This document shows positions 14,842 to 45,726 of a stretch of DNA of 64,000 nt, piece after piece. Position numbers and translations under genes: made by a program. Within the stretch, counting starts at the first letter, position 1. Each line of letters starts with the position of its first letter. A model generated the notes under the pieces. That model was given only the letters and a program-made list of their open reading frames with translations. It did no database searches and was not told the DNA's origin. Source of the stretch: the human T2T-CHM13v2.0 reference genome, Homo sapiens. Where the stretch lies: the NCBI RefSeq assembly GCF_009914755.1, contig NC_060936.1; one strand, 5' to 3'.

Positions 14842-16163
14842 CTCTTGCTGTTTCTCATATATAATCTGTTTTTGTTTTACATTTAAAGAGGCTAGAAGTA
14901 AAGATTAGTGAAATGTACAGTCTTGAAAATGTTAACTAGAGTTGTGGACATGGAAAATAATCAGCTTTTAGCATATGATGCATTCCAATGAAATTGTTTT
15001 CAAAGTAGTGGCAGCTGTATCTATTGTTGTAGGTTCAAGATCTAAGCATTTCATAGTAACCTTACATAATAGAAACATTCTTTGTTTTTCCTTTTTATCA
15101 GAGCAAGTAACCAATGTTCTTTAAAGTGCAGCTCTCACCACTATCTTGTCTAGACATCAAGTCTACCCTACTGTATTTAACAATCCATTATTACCAACCA
15201 CTTGTTCAGATTTTACATACATACAGTTAGTAAAATATACTCACATAAGATGTACCTCTGAAAGTCTGGATTCCCAGAACAACTTGAAAAGAGATGATTT
15301 ATTTTGACCAAATTTCAAAGAGTTTGAAAGTTACAATTTACCAGATTCTGGTCATGCTGTTACTGCAGAAGCTTGTTGAAGTAAAAGTATAAAGTTTTTA
15401 TTTTAAGAGAATCTAAAAGCTATCTCTATAAGATAATTTGTATCATATTTAAAAGGAAGCATCTCTTAAAGGTAATTTAGTTATTTTGTACCTGATATCT
15501 CTTTAAGTGGGAAGCTTGATGAATCTGTTAAGATGTTATATTTACATCAAATATAAAATCTAGATAGTACAGATACCAAGTCTTATTAGAACCATACTTA
15601 AAATGATATGAGTACCTTAAGGGATGAGGCCATCTTGCACCTTATCCTTGGGGATGTTACCACTGAAACAAAAAATACCCAGTTATAAAGCAGTTCCAGT
15701 AAAGGTAATCCCCATGGCATAAACCCAAGTATAAGCTTCATTTTCTTACCTCTTCTCCTCATCCACTCTCTACCAGTGTTAGGTAAGGATTTTACCTAGT
15801 GGTTCCAAATTACTGTCCCATGCTACTCAATTTTGTTTTCTTAGGTCAACAATTTTTTTTAGTCTCTGAGTATTTTATGGTAAGGACATTTATAAATGGC
15901 ATGGTATAATGAACACTTAGTGTTTTCACATCTTAGAGACCTTTTCCTCTTTTTTTTTTTTCTTTTTTTTGAAACGAGGTCTCACTGCATTCTCTAATTA
16001 TAAGTTCTCTCACAGAATTGACAACCTATTATATGTGAAAGCCGTTTATGTATGAAAATTACCATACAGGTGGTTAATGGTAGTGTTAAGTAATACTTTC
16101 TGCCTGTTTCTTTGCAGCTTTGCAATATTGATTACTTTCAAATTACTTCTTAAGAATATTTTA

Positions 16164-17035
<872 letters not shown>

Positions 17036-17789
17036 TCAGTGTTCCTTATCTGTTTTGCTTGTATACACATAGCATAAAAAGATTAATGTTTCCTCCTTAG
17101 AATTCTCTACCGTCCTTTTCCTAAAGCATAAGTTGTTCTCATACTTTCCCCTTCATCTGTCATCTCTCATTTTTAAGATGTGATCTGTCTTGAAACATCT
17201 GCTGTCCTCTCTTAACTATTGTTTAATTCAGGTATTGTGCCAGGAGAGAACAAATGTGTATGTTTTATATGCACTTGAGTGCTGACTACAATTACAGTGT
17301 GAGTTAATTGATATTCTCAGTCCATTTATAAGAAACATTTTAAAAGCTGCACTAAGAAAATCTCATGTTTTACTTAAAGGTAACTTGAAAGTAAACACTA
17401 GAAGTGAATTGATGATTGTCTAATGTCTGGTTTATTGGGAGCTAATTATGTTATCTTTCGTTGTTTTTCTTTCCTTACTCTTCCTCTTTCTTTTTGCATT
17501 TTTTATGTTTTTGGGGTTTTAAAAAGAAAACCATTATAGGAAATCAGACAATGCAATATATGTTATTTCTGTTTTGAATACTTATTTACATGAGTTAGCT
17601 GGGGGAATATTTGTAGGGGTTTTTTGGTCTGCCTGAAAGCCAAATCTTAAGATTTTTAAACCCTCAATTACTGGAACTTGGGGGAAAAGTGAGCAGTTCA
17701 GTGTAATTTAATTTTCCAGTTGGCTGAAGTTAGCCATGCTAAACTCTGCTATGTTTGTTATTATGTTTTGCTTTTTTTTTAAAATCACT

Positions 17790-19160
<1,371 letters not shown>

Positions 19161-19169
19161 TGAGATCCT

Positions 19170-19940
19170 GGCTCAGGATATCTCAAGAAGTTGTAGTTCA
19201 GCTGGCAGCCAGGGCTACAGGGTTACAGACATGACTGGAGCTGGTAGATTGACTTCTGTGCTCATTCACATGCTGTTGGCAGAAGATTTTGGTTCCTTTC
19301 CTTGCCATATGGGCCTCTCCACAGCACTTGCTTATGACATGGCCTCCACTAGAGCTAGTGACCTAAGAGTAAAAGAGTGACACCTTAATGCTTTCATTGG
19401 TTTAGTCTCCAAGTCACATACCATCACTTCTGCCTTGTTCTGTCCATTAGAAGTGAGTCACTAAGCCCAGCCCAAAATCAACTGGAAGGAATTACACAAG
19501 GAAGTAAATGTAGTGATTCCTCAGTATCCGTGGGGAATTGGTTTCAGGACACCTCAGAGATACCAAAATCCATGGATGCTCAAATCCCTTATGTAAAATG
19601 GCCTTGTATTTGCATATAACCTACACACATCCTCCTGTATACTTTAAATCATCTCGATTATTTATAATACCTAATGCAATGTAATGCTATGTAAATAATT
19701 GTTTGTAAATAATTGCTATGTAAATAATTGTACTGTGTTGTTTAGGGAATAATGAAAAGGAAAAAATTCAGCACATGTTCAGTACAGATGCACCCATACC
19801 CATTCATTTTTCTCCCCCAAATATTTTTGATCTGTGGTTTGGCAGTCCATGGATGTGAAACCCATAGATACTCAGAGCCAACTGTACCAGAAGGTAGGGA
19901 TCACCGGGGGCTATTTGGAGAGTTAGCCATCATATCCTCC
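19170..19940. mobile_element. MLT1-like LTR interrupted by MER2-like Tigger element (~19512-19885)
   Basis: MLT1 motifs (CATCACTTCTGCC...AGAAGTGAGTCACTAAG); MER2 motifs (GATACCAAAATCCATGGATGCTCAAATCCCTT). Confidence 0.65.
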
Positions 19941-20145
19941 CATGATTAGTGTTATTGAAGTTAGCAGGTTTATTATTCTTTTCAAATAACTAACTTTTGA
20001 TTTTATTTATCTCTTTCTTCTTTAGTATTCTTTATTAATAATTTTCTATTTTGGGCGGGCTTAACTTGCTATTTAAAAAAAACATTCCTGAGCTGGATGC
20101 TTATTGATCTGCAGCTTTTCTTTTAACATATAAATTCTGACTCTT

Positions 20146-20365
20146 GGCCAGGTATGGTGGCTCACGCCTGTAATCCCAGCACTTTGGGAGGCTGAGGGAG
20201 GAGGTGGATCACTTGAGGTCAGGAGTTTGAGACCAACCTGACCAACGTGGCAAAACCCTGTCTGTACTAAAAAAATACAAAAATTAGCCAAGTGTGGTGG
20301 CTTTTTTTTTTTTTTAACATTACTTTTAATGGCAAAAACCACAATTACTTTTGCACCAGCCCAGT
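20146..20365 (+). mobile_element. Alu left arm followed by a T run and the right half of a MADE1 mariner
   Basis: CATTACTTTTAATGGCAAAAACCACAATTACTTTTGCACC at 20318-20358. Confidence 0.75.
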
Positions 20366-20806
20366 AGATTCTAGTGCATCCACACTATGGAATTTTATAC
20401 AGGCAGTAGAAGGATTAACAGAGAATTACCAAAGTACATAATGGTGTATTACTTTAGTAGTTAGGTAAGTAGCATAGGAACTTTGGTGTTAGGGGATCTG
20501 GCTTAAATCTCAGTTCAACTGCTTAATAATATGTGTCTTTGGGAAAGTCACTTAACTTTTCTGAGCCTTGCTTTGCTCATCATTGTAATGGGATTGGTGA
20601 CATTACCCACTTCATAGTAATGTTAGAATGAAGTGAGTATGTATATTTATGTTGCCTAAGACATTGTCAGTAATCAAAATATCTGCTATTATTGTTTTGT
20701 GGATTAGCCTGGGATCTTGAAATAAGGCAGAAATTTCAGTTAAGTAACTGATAAGTCACACTGAGAAAAAACTATTCCTTTGGTAATTCCTTGTATTGTA
20801 AATTAC

Positions 20807-21131
20807 AGTAGTTCTCCCACTTAACTGGGTTCTAAGACACCCAATGGTTTTCTGAAACCACAGATAATACTGAACCCAATATTTTTCCTATACATACATA
20901 TTTAAGATAAAGTTTAATTTATAAATTAGGCACAGTAAGAGATTAACAACAATAAGTAAAATAAAATAGAAGTATTAAAATAATGTAAAACTTGTGTGAA
21001 TGTGGTCTACCTTCTCTTTCTCTCAAAATATCTTATTGTACTATAATCACCTATTTTTGGACCATGGTTGACCTTGGATTACTGGAACTATGGAAAGCAA
21101 AACTGCTGATTGGGGGTGAGGGGACTACTGT
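20807..21131 (-). mobile_element. MER44/Tigger7-family transposon
   Basis: CAGTAGT ... GGGGACTACTG TIRs with TA flanks. Confidence 0.75.
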
Positions 21132-21803
21132 ATAGTCTTTGTGAGTGGATTAAAATTTACTTCATTAAAACCAAAAAAAATGGACAACTCCTGTCACTTT
21201 TATCTAGTGATTGTTTCTTAGTAGAAGTCAAAGAAAAGGGCAGTGCAGATACTGGAGAACTGAAATGTGCAGGTTGGTGATAATATGCTGTTATATTGTC
21301 ATCTCCATAATTAACCTATGATGGTAGTGATTGTATTGAGGATAATGAGACCTGATTTTTGTACAGATGTCTTTTAAAGGTTAATGTGCTTGGGAAACAG
21401 TCTTTAAAATATATAACAGCAGTGTTACTTAGGGATAGGGATTTTGTCTTTCATTTATTATTTTAATCATACAATCCCCTTGTTAGAGTGGTAAGAAATG
21501 TTTTCTTTCATGGTACCTTTGAAATAATCATTTATGGTATGTAAATTCCTTGCCAGCAAATATAGTGTATTTCCTCCCATTGAAAACTTTCCTTCCATTG
21601 AAAACTGCTTTAAGGTTTTTTTTTCTGAACATTGTCCTGAACGTATCCACTCCATTGTCTTTTGCTGTTAAAGAGACTGTACTGAATTGTGTTGCTTATT
21701 TCTATCTTTAAGATAATTGACGATTATTTATCTATTATGTGTCTGTTTTCATTAGTTTCATTGTCTTCTATTGGGGGTCTCAATTATAATTCTTGCCCCA
21801 GAG

Positions 21804-21941
21804 TTCTGACAGTTTTATATTGTTCTCCAGTTTTATATTATATCTCTGACAGCTTTATATTGTTCTTCAGAAGTTTCAGATCATATGAAGTCCTAATTTT
21901 ATATTGTTCTCCAGAAGTTTCAGATCATATGAAGTCCTAAT
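21804..21941. repeat. Nested local duplications (44-bp unit x2 plus a partial upstream copy)
   Basis: TTTATATTGTTCT(T/C)CAGAAGTTTCAGATCATATGAAGTCCTAAT at 21854 and 21898. Confidence 0.9.
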
Positions 21942-23160
21942 GATAATAAACATTTTTTAAATCTAGAGGGTTTAAATAGTACTCATTGTAAATCTCTAAT
22001 TATCTGCTTTAGAAATTCTTTGTAGCTTTGGAAAAGCTTAAAGAAACACTTAGGATTCTGTCAGTAGAGGCTTTCTTACATACAAATATGTTTTCATTCC
22101 ATTTTTTTTTTTTGCAGTACATTCTCTATTGTGATTGTCAAAACTGTAAGGACCCCATGTAAAGCAAAAGAGTAAATAATGTTAAATTGACTTTTTACTT
22201 GAATCTGGCATTAAGGGAGGGTAGTTTGAAGCATGTCTGATTTTTTTAAACTTTGTTTTATTTATACTAAAAATATATTCTTATTCACTGAATTCATCAG
22301 TTGCATAGTCAACTGTGTACAACCAGAAGTTTAATATCTTTTCTTCCTACCAATAGCTGGCATGTGTTCAGATAAGATACTGCCTACCTTATTAACAGGC
22401 TGAAAGGAAAATTACCTAGTTAATCATCTTTGCATCATTTGGAATTCCTTGCATATCGTAGACTTGCTGTAAATGTTTGTTTAGCAGTTATGAATGGTAC
22501 TGGAAAGGGTGCTTCAGTCTCATGTAGTTTGGCTCTGTCATTTGCTAATTCCAGCTAATGAAGATAAATATTACAGTGAGTCTTCAAGAACCTTTGCTTT
22601 TAAGCAGTTAGAAAGTAAAAGAAGCAGCAAAACTGTTTCATTCATTTGGATGCAAAAACACAGCCAGCCAGGCTGTAATGGTTTTCAAAACACACAAGAT
22701 TGAGAGGATTTCTCATAAAGTTAGTACATATGACTAAAATATTTATTGAGATTTATGTAAATTATGTATTCTCATTAGATCTTTACAACAACCTGAATTG
22801 GGAAAGAAAGAAATTATTTTTATTTTAAAATGCATTTACTTTTGATATGCAGTTTCACCATAATGTATCTAGGTATGGATTGTTTTTGAAATTTATTCTG
22901 TTTAAGGTGATTTATGTTAAATTACACCTTCTCTATCTGAGAGTTTATATTTTTCATTAGAGCTGGAAAATTATAGTGTTATCTCTTTGAATATTTAATA
23001 TCCTCTATTTTCTCCTATTTTTATGTCCTCCAGTTGAAATTAGGTCGATTTTTTTTTATCCTTTCATTTTCCTTACACTTTTTTGTTTCTTTCATATCTT
23101 GTGAAAGACTATCTCTAAGTCTTTAATTGTATTTAATTTGCCATGTAATCGATCCATTGA

Positions 23161-26680
<3,520 letters not shown>

Positions 26681-27013
26681 TACTCCATTGAATTCTTAAC
26701 GTTAGTTATATTCTTCATTTCTAGAAGTTCAATTTGGTTTTCTTTGCAAATTTACCTAGAATTAGATTGTTTATCGCTCATGTTATTCTCTCTTATGTAT
26801 TTAAACGTTTTATAATCTGTAACTGATAATTTTAATATTAAGGTGTCAGGGTTTTAATTCAGCTGTTGTCTCTGCTGACTCTTACTCGTGGTAGCAGGTT
26901 CCCTTGCATGTATTATATTTTGCGGTTGTGAGCTTATATTCAGAATTTTAAGTATGTGTGAACGTGGACCTATGCTTACAAATACTCAAGGGCGACTGCA
27001 TGTCTTTACTTAA

Positions 27014-27350
<337 letters not shown>

Positions 27351-28227
27351 AAAACCTGTTATTTTCTTTGACCAACAGGCAGTTTTTGTTTTCTCATTCA
27401 TCTTTTCACAGAGATCCTAGCTTTATGTAGACCCCTCAGATCCAACTCACTCTTACATGAGCTCGAGGTAATGTCTGTCATCCCTACCAGGCTCTGATTC
27501 GTGGCTCTTTGGGGCAGCCATGGCTTCACCACTGTATTAGCGTATCACTCTGATTTTTTGCTTTCTCTTCATCAACAGCTCCTGACAGTTTAAAAGAATG
27601 TGTTTCCAAAGTTTTTGACTTTTAAAAGAATGTGTTTCTAAATTTTTTGAGGCAGAAGAATTTTCTGAGAAATGTAGTGTGTTGTTTGGTCCTATCTTCA
27701 TTTTACATGTTTAAAAAGCTCAAGTGACTTGTTCAAGTTTATGCTAGAAGTGGTAGAACTGTGACCACTTCTTATTTATTGCTTTCTAATATGCTTATTT
27801 GCCTTAAACTGAGATTTAAAAATTAGTTCCAGTTAGAACCAAAGAAGGCCTTTCTGTGGAAGTGACATTTGATCAGACTCTTAAAATTCAGGTAGGATTC
27901 TCATAGGTAGAGATAGGAGGTAAAAGGTTCTACATAAAGGTGAATGACGTGCATGCAAGTAGGAAAATAGGGAACTATAGGGAATAATCAACAATTATCA
28001 GTCGTTTAGTGTGGGTAAAATCATCTTACATGTGTATTTTTAAAATCTCGCCTCCTGTACAAATCTCGCCTCCTGTACCCTTCATTCTCCCATTCTACTT
28101 CCCAGTCACAGCATTTATTGCATTGAATTCACAGAGTATGAATTTTTATTTACTGTGGTAAATTAGAAGGAGCTTGAATAGTCTTGAATAATGATCACAG
28201 AAACTTTGTCTTGACTTGGTAGAAATT

Positions 28228-28640
28228 GGAAGGAAGTGTTCTGTTTCAACCCCAACAGGTGTAGTGCAATTCAATTCTGGCATTAACCACCTGGAATCAG
28301 TGCATACACACAATTAAAGGGCACAGTGTCCAACAATACTGCCCTTACTTCAGACTTCAGCCTCACTTTGAGAATCCCCAGATCACCTGCACTTCTGTCA
28401 ATTGGCTACAAATCCAGGGTTTTCCATGACCCTGTAAGATTCAAGAATATGCTAGAACAACTCACGGAATTCAGGAGAGTGTTATACTTATGAATACAGT
28501 TTTATTATAAAGGGTGCAAATCAGGAAGGAAGTGTTCTGTTTCAACCTTAACTGGTCTACTGCAACTCAATTCTGGCACTAACCACGCAGAGTTAGTACA
28601 GACCCTACAAGTTAAAAGGCACTGTCTTCAAATAATGACT
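28228..28640. repeat. Old ~296-bp-period duplication in an ERV LTR-like fragment (MER21/MER77-type, tentative)
   Basis: GGAAGGAAGTGTTCTGTTTCAAC at 28228 and 28524, each followed by ~90 nt of diverged similarity. Confidence 0.75.
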
Positions 28641-29724
28641 GAGAAATTAAGGTAGTATGGAAAAGGATGTGATTATATAGATTGTATTTTACTGAAATTT
28701 GTAGATTTATATTTTACTGAATTTTGTAGGTAGAATAAAGATAATAGATAGCAATGCAGTATCATTTTATGAGATAGGTGGATCAGAGCCAGATTGTTGA
28801 AAAATTTGAAAGCCAGAAAAAAAGTGTTTGAATTCTATGATGGGCTTGTGGATGAATTTTGAATACATGAGTATTATGATTAAGATGTTTGTTGGAGGAT
28901 TAGATTGGCTATACAGAAATGTTTGGCTACTTTTTGAGGGAGGGATAATGAGAGCCTAAGTTAAATTGGTAGAGTCTGAAATGCAGAAGAATAAGTGCAT
29001 GAGAGTTTGTGGCAGGCAAGTAAGTAAAACTTAGCGACCGATTTGTCTGTTCATCTGTTTACTTTTGAGCACTTGTGAAAGAAGAAGGGTAGAATGAGAG
29101 ACTGAAGAGGAAAAACAGAATAACTGATAAAGCAAGAGGGGCTATCAGTAGCACAGATATAGGAACTAATCTTGAAAATTCGGAGAAACACTTTTCTGAG
29201 ATAGGAGGAAAGGAAAATAAAGGACAACATTTTTGAGGTGGATAGGAGATGAGTTTGGGAAAGAGGCAGTTTTGCTAAGAGTAGGGGGAAATGGGATAGG
29301 GAGGAGGGGGAGTCCTATCAGCAGTTGGATTTCCTGAATTGGGCGTGCAAAGGGCTTAGAATACCCCATATGTTACATGTTGATATGGAAGTCAACAAGA
29401 GAGACTAAGGAGTTAATAGTGGATCAAATAATTGCAGTTTTGGACTTTTTCCAACAATTCACAGCCTCCTTTAAGTAAGCGTAGAAAGGCAAACCGGATT
29501 ATTTATCCATAATTGACCAAGTAAAAACACTTCAAATGTTATTAAATAAAAGTTGCCCCCTGATAAGGTGGTGAAGATGATGATTTTATAGAAAAAAAAA
29601 ATGACGCAAACTTAGTCTCTTTTACTTTTTAACTCAGTGTTTATTTGCCAAGAAGTTCGACCAGTTCTGAGTAACTAGATTATTGGGACATTTCAAAATT
29701 AAAAAGACAAGTGATAATAGTTAA

Positions 29725-30075
<351 letters not shown>

Positions 30076-30249
30076 CCTCTTTTTTTTTTTTTTTTTTTAA
30101 TCAACGCAGGAAATGGGGAACGTATTTAAAATTTCCCACCTAAAAGGAATGAACAATACTATTTTAAAACAAAGATGAGCACTGCAGAGTATTTTGAAAC
30201 TCAGCCTCCCTAACCAAATGGAGTATTGCAATAATTTTTTTTTCCTGAC

Positions 30250-30775
30250 GTGTAAACGTGTTAAATGCAATGGCTTCCCTATTTGAAATCCTCCAGTGGT
30301 TTCCCATTATACTTAGAATAAAAATCCAAAGTCTTCACCATGGCTATAGAGACCTGCTAACACTGTATACTACCTCACCCTCCAAATTTCTTTCATGTTA
30401 CCCTCATGGCTCACTGTTCTGCAGTCATAGTGGCCTCCTCTCTACTGGGCATGCATTTTCCCCTTCTTGAGAGCCTTTCTTGATTATGACTTCTACTAAG
30501 CATTCTCTCTCTGGCCTCTGCTAAATGTCACCCTTTCCCTAAAATTTTTCTTTATCTCCCTGACCAATCTAAGTAGTTCTCCATCATTGAACCTACTTTA
30601 TTTCCTTTATAATAACTTATCACAATTATACATTTTTTTTGTTTTTATACATTTTAAAAATATCTTTCCAGCTAAAAAGAGAGTTTCCTGAGGATAGGCA
30701 CTACATGTTTTTTTCACCACTTGTACTGAGCCTTCACTTAGTAACTCCTCAGATGTTTGTTGAATGAATTAATGC
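30250..30775 (+). mobile_element. L2 3' fragment
   Basis: ATCCTCCAGTGGTTTCCCATTATACTTAGAATAAAAATCCAAA ... GTTTGTTGAATGAATTAATG. Confidence 0.7.
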
Positions 30776-31102
30776 TTTCTAAGTATTAAGTGCTTTATTA
30801 CATTCTCTCATTTAATCCTCACAAAAGGTAAGATATTATTATAATTCCCGCATTACAAATAAGGAAACTGTATCCCACAAATATATAAAATCATTATTTG
30901 TCAGTTAAAAATAAAATTTAAAATAAAAACAAAGAAATTGGGGCTTTGAGTAGGGTTACCTAGCACCCCAAACTTAGGGCTTCATGACCATAAAATCTTC
31001 ATCCCTCTGCCACATTTCCCTGTCAGCTCATTAATAGTTTAAATTCTTTCATATGTGTGTTTTAAAGTAAGAGAGAATGACATTTTAAATGCTTAGAGCA
31101 TG

Positions 31103-37561
<6,459 letters not shown>

Positions 37562-38046
37562 TCCTCAGGTTTTTAAAATGACTTTTATTTTTAAAAAGTT
37601 AATATGTGCATCATGGGTAACAAAAAACACAGGAAGCAAGGGACAAAGTCATCCATAATTACAAGCAGTTTACAGTTTGATGTGTCCTTCTAGGTCCTGT
37701 GTGTGTATACACGATACAGGATTTTAATATTGAAAGAAATGGGATAGTAGAGTGAATGTGCCTGGTCCACTGGATCATCTGTCAAAAGAAACTAAGGGAG
37801 AACTTGCCGCCTCTGCAGGATAATTTGAAAATGTCCCATTTCAACCATAAAATGCTCTTTAACCAACCAAAGCATAAGTAGCTTACAGAATAATAATGCT
37901 TTTCCCAGCATGGGGCAGATGGCTGATCTGACCTATTTATTTCTATCTTAGTGGCATCCCTGAAGCTATATGGAAAAATAATCCACGTTTCAAATTTCAC
38001 TAGAGGAATGACTTGAATAACTTAAAGTACAGTATTAGACTTGACA

Positions 38047-38086
<40 letters not shown>
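38047..38086. repeat. (CA)n microsatellite
   Basis: Direct reading. Confidence 0.95.
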
Positions 38087-38089
<3 letters not shown>

Positions 38090-39179
38090 CATGCATTGTC
38101 TCATGGCAGTTAGGAATCATAATCAGATGACCTGCCTTCCAGACCCCTCCAAACCAGTTTCTTTACACTACTCTTCAAAACCAAGCAAGTTCATTTATCT
38201 TTGCTAAGGATTTAGTTCAGTCAGGGCTTCATTTCTATTTTGGATTTTAATAATTATCTTGAGTTTGTAGCAGCAGTATGATAAGGAGTGAATTTGAAAT
38301 CTAGGCTATGAATGTTTATTGTATTTCTTACAGTTAACTCCTTTAATCTCTCTGCTTCACTATTTTTATAAAAAAAGGCCAATAACTCCAGAGTGCTTTT
38401 GAGGATTCTGGTACATAAAATAATACAAAGGTCTATATGAAAATGTTAAGTTAGTAACTTAATACTTCTAATTTGCCAGGAATTTTTAAATGTCATTATA
38501 TTTGAATAAGCAAATAAAAAGACCTTTAGAATTGTAACCCACAGCCATCCTTAGACATGGAGACCTTTGCTAGGATTCCTCCCCATTCTCCAAAAATTGT
38601 TCTTAGGTGGTGAGGCCTCCCTGAATTGAGAACTCAACTCATTGGACCCAGTAACAGTTAAAACTTCTATGTTCTGAGACATAACTTCTGTATCTTCAGA
38701 AGATAATGCGACCTATATATTGAATTGTCTCTGACCTCTTTGGTGGTAGATGAGCTGGGAAGGAAGTGGAGGGGGTGGGTCTTGAAATAGCTAAGCTGCT
38801 TCCCGCTTAGTCATTCCTGCTGACAAATTTCTCTCCTGTTGGAGAGTAACTGGGTGGATCTCGCGCCGTGCAGGTTTCTCAAACCAATGTAAGACTTTTT
38901 TTCACTTCGAGAACTGGCTGTTGCCAGTTAATTACTTTCTTTTAGCCTTAGTCAGATCTAAAATGTGACCTTTTGTACAGTCAGGACATTGCACTTTTCT
39001 GATAATATTAAATTATTTCATGAAGACTGGACTACCTCATCTGTGAAATTGTAAAAAGATTTATTTGAAGTTATTGTGTTTAAAATTTTTCTTTGGATAA
39101 TTCTCAAATATTTCTTTTGTAAGAAATAGCTGTATATAAAAATTAATTCAGTGTTTACATAAGAATTTTGCCTTTTTAA

Positions 39180-40655
39180 GCAAAAAGAAAAGTCTGGAGG
39201 CATCACATTACCTGATTTCAAACTATACTGTAAGGCCATAGTCACCAAAAACATCATGGTACTGGCATAAAAACAAGCACATAGATCAATGGAACAGAAT
39301 AGAGAACCCAGAAATTAACCCAAATACTTACAGCCAACTGATCTTCGACAAAGCAAACAAAAACATAAAGTGGGGAAAGGACACCCTATTCAACAAATGG
39401 TGCTGCCAATGTAGGAGAATGAAACTGGATCCTCATCTCCCACCTTATACAAAAATCAACTCAAGATGGATTAAGGACTTACTTACATCTACGACCTGAA
39501 ACTATAAAAATTGTAGAAGACAACTTAGGAAAAACCCTTCTAGACATTGGCTTAGGCAAGGATTTCATGACCAAGAACCCAAAAGCAAATGCAATAAAGA
39601 CAAAGATAAATAGCTGAGACTTAATTAAACTAAAGAGCTTTTACACAGCAAAAGGAACAGTCAGCAAAGTGAACAGACAACCCACAGAGTGGGAGAAGAT
39701 CTTTACAATCTGTACATCTGACAAAGGACTAATACCCAGAATCTATAACGAACTCAATCAAATCAGCAAGAAAAAAAACAATCACATCAAAAAGTGGGCT
39801 AAGGACATGAATAGACAATTCTAAAAAGAAGACATACAAATGGCCAAAAAATATATGAAAAAATGCTCAACATCACTAATGATCAGAGAAATGCAAATCA
39901 AAACCACAATGCAGTACCACCTTACTCCTGCAAGAATGGCCGTAATCAAAAAAATCAAAAAACAGTAGATGTTTGGCATGGATGTGGTGAAGAGGGAACA
40001 CTTCTACACTGCAGGTGGGAATGTAAACTAGTACAGCCATTATGGAAAACGGTGTGGAGATTCCTTAAAGAACTAAAAGTAGAACTACCATTTGATCCAG
40101 CAATCCCACTACTGGGTATCTACCCAGAGGAAAAGAAGTCATTATATGAAAAAGATACTTGTACACATATATTTATAGCAGCACAACTTGCAACTGTGAA
40201 ATCATGGGACCAACCCAAATGTCCATCAGTCAACGAGTGGATAAAGAAACTGTGGTATGTATATATACAATAGATTACTACTTAGCCATAAAAAGGAACA
40301 AATTAGTGGCATTTGGAATGAGCGGGGTGAGATTGGAGACTGTTATTCTAAGTGAAGTAACTAACTCAGGAATGGAAATCCAAACATCGTATGTTCTCAC
40401 TCATATGTGGGAGCTAAGCTATGTGGGGTGCAAAGGCATAAGAAAGACACAGTGGACTTTGGAGACTCAGGGGAAAAGAGTGGGAGGGGGGTGAGGGATA
40501 AAAAAGACCACATATTGGGTGCAGTGTATACTGCCTGCTCAGGTGATGAGTACACCAAAATCTCACAGATCACCACCATAGAACTTACTCATGTAACCAA
40601 ACATCACCTGTTCCCCAATAACCAATGGAAAGTTTTAATACTTAATTAAAAAAAA
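39180..40655 (+). mobile_element. 5'-truncated L1 (L1PB-like), ORF2 C-terminus plus 3' UTR
   Basis: [43 protein letters not shown]; A tail; TSD-like GAATTTTGCCTTTTTAA/GAAGTTTGCTTTTTTAA. Confidence 0.92.
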
Positions 40656-42158
40656 TGAAGTTTGCTTTTTTAACTTCTTTTTTTTTTTTTTTTTAACTTA
40701 AGGGACTTTCTAAGTGACAGATATCGTTTAGGGAGCTGAATTGCCATCTTAAACTGTGATCTGTTTCATTATGATGGATGTTTTGGACATGACTTGGGAA
40801 ATGTGCAAATTAAGCCTACTCCTCCTTGCTTTTATTAAATAATTTTTATTATTCTCAGACACGACAATATCAAAAGCCAAATGAAATTTTATCATATTGC
40901 ACAATATTTGTACCCATTTTCTCAGCATTTAGAACTTTAAAGCCTATTTTATTATGTATTTAATTGCCTTTCATCCTGTGTTCATTATGAATATTTTTCT
41001 TTAGATTTAGCCTTTTTATATGTTTTGCATCTTAGAAATTCTTTTCCCAAGCCAGTAATTGACATTGAATACAAAATTACTTTTCTCAAAATTCACTGAG
41101 CAATGAATACATTGGTTTTTTTCCTAATCAACAGTCTTTAGTTGTTTGTTTATTGCCTTTTGAATGAGAGAAAAAATGTCTACAGTGTTTCTACCATAAG
41201 TTATTTTAAGTCTAAGAATTTGGTCTTTGCCTTACCTGCTCATGTCTAGCTCCATTTTGATTGCAGTCTACTATCTTTCCCAAAACTTCCCTATATTCCA
41301 AGATTCATTACTGTTTAAACACTCTATGCTTTTTTGCTTCCAAGGTGCTTAGAACAGTTCACGCTGTCTTAGTGCTCCCTGCAACTCCCATGATCTTTTA
41401 TTTGGAATAATTACAACACTTTATATTTATTTTATGGCATTTACCATATTCTGCCTTGTTGTTTGGTTATTTTTAATGTGTTGGTCTTTTTACTAGAATG
41501 TAAAGTCCTTGAACAGAGCTTGTTGTACTCTGACCAATTCCAGTGCTTTAACATAGAAGGTGAGCTCTAGCTGTGTGGCAGGCACATTTATCTGTCATTC
41601 ACACTCATGTCAGCATTTGCAGATTCATTAATATCTAACCCATATCGAGAAGATGCAAAGCTCATCCTCCAGGGTCAAAGCAGAACAGATCCATCTTCAT
41701 TTTATTTTGAAAATTTTTGTATACCCATCACCTGGATTCTATAATTAAGCTTTTGCTCTATTTGTTTTGTCACTTATCTTTCCATTTCTGGATGTAATAA
41801 GAAATATATATTTGGCTTCTGCCCCCATTTCTTGGCACACAGCTTGGAATCTTAAAGTGATGTGTCTTTTTGTATGTGAATGAGGTAACCAATGGCCGGG
41901 GGAGCTCCTGGATAGCCTCTGTTTAGGGGCTGATTGCCCAGGGAAACCAACCATGTGTTTAGAGAGTTGGAACTTTCAGCCTACCCCCTTGACCTCTAAA
42001 AGGGGTGGAGAGGGACTGAAGGTTGAGCCGCTCACCAAAGGCCAATGATCTAATCAACTGTGTTTTTGTGATGGGTCTTCGATTTTAGCTGCTCTTCTCT
42101 CTCTGTCTCTGACACAGACACACACCCCTACAGTCACACACACACACACACACCCTTA

Positions 42159-45726
<3,568 letters not shown>

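Noticed and set aside
39863-40273. 136-aa ORF with Cys-rich motif
   Set aside because: Frameshifted C-terminus of L1 ORF2 in a truncated copy
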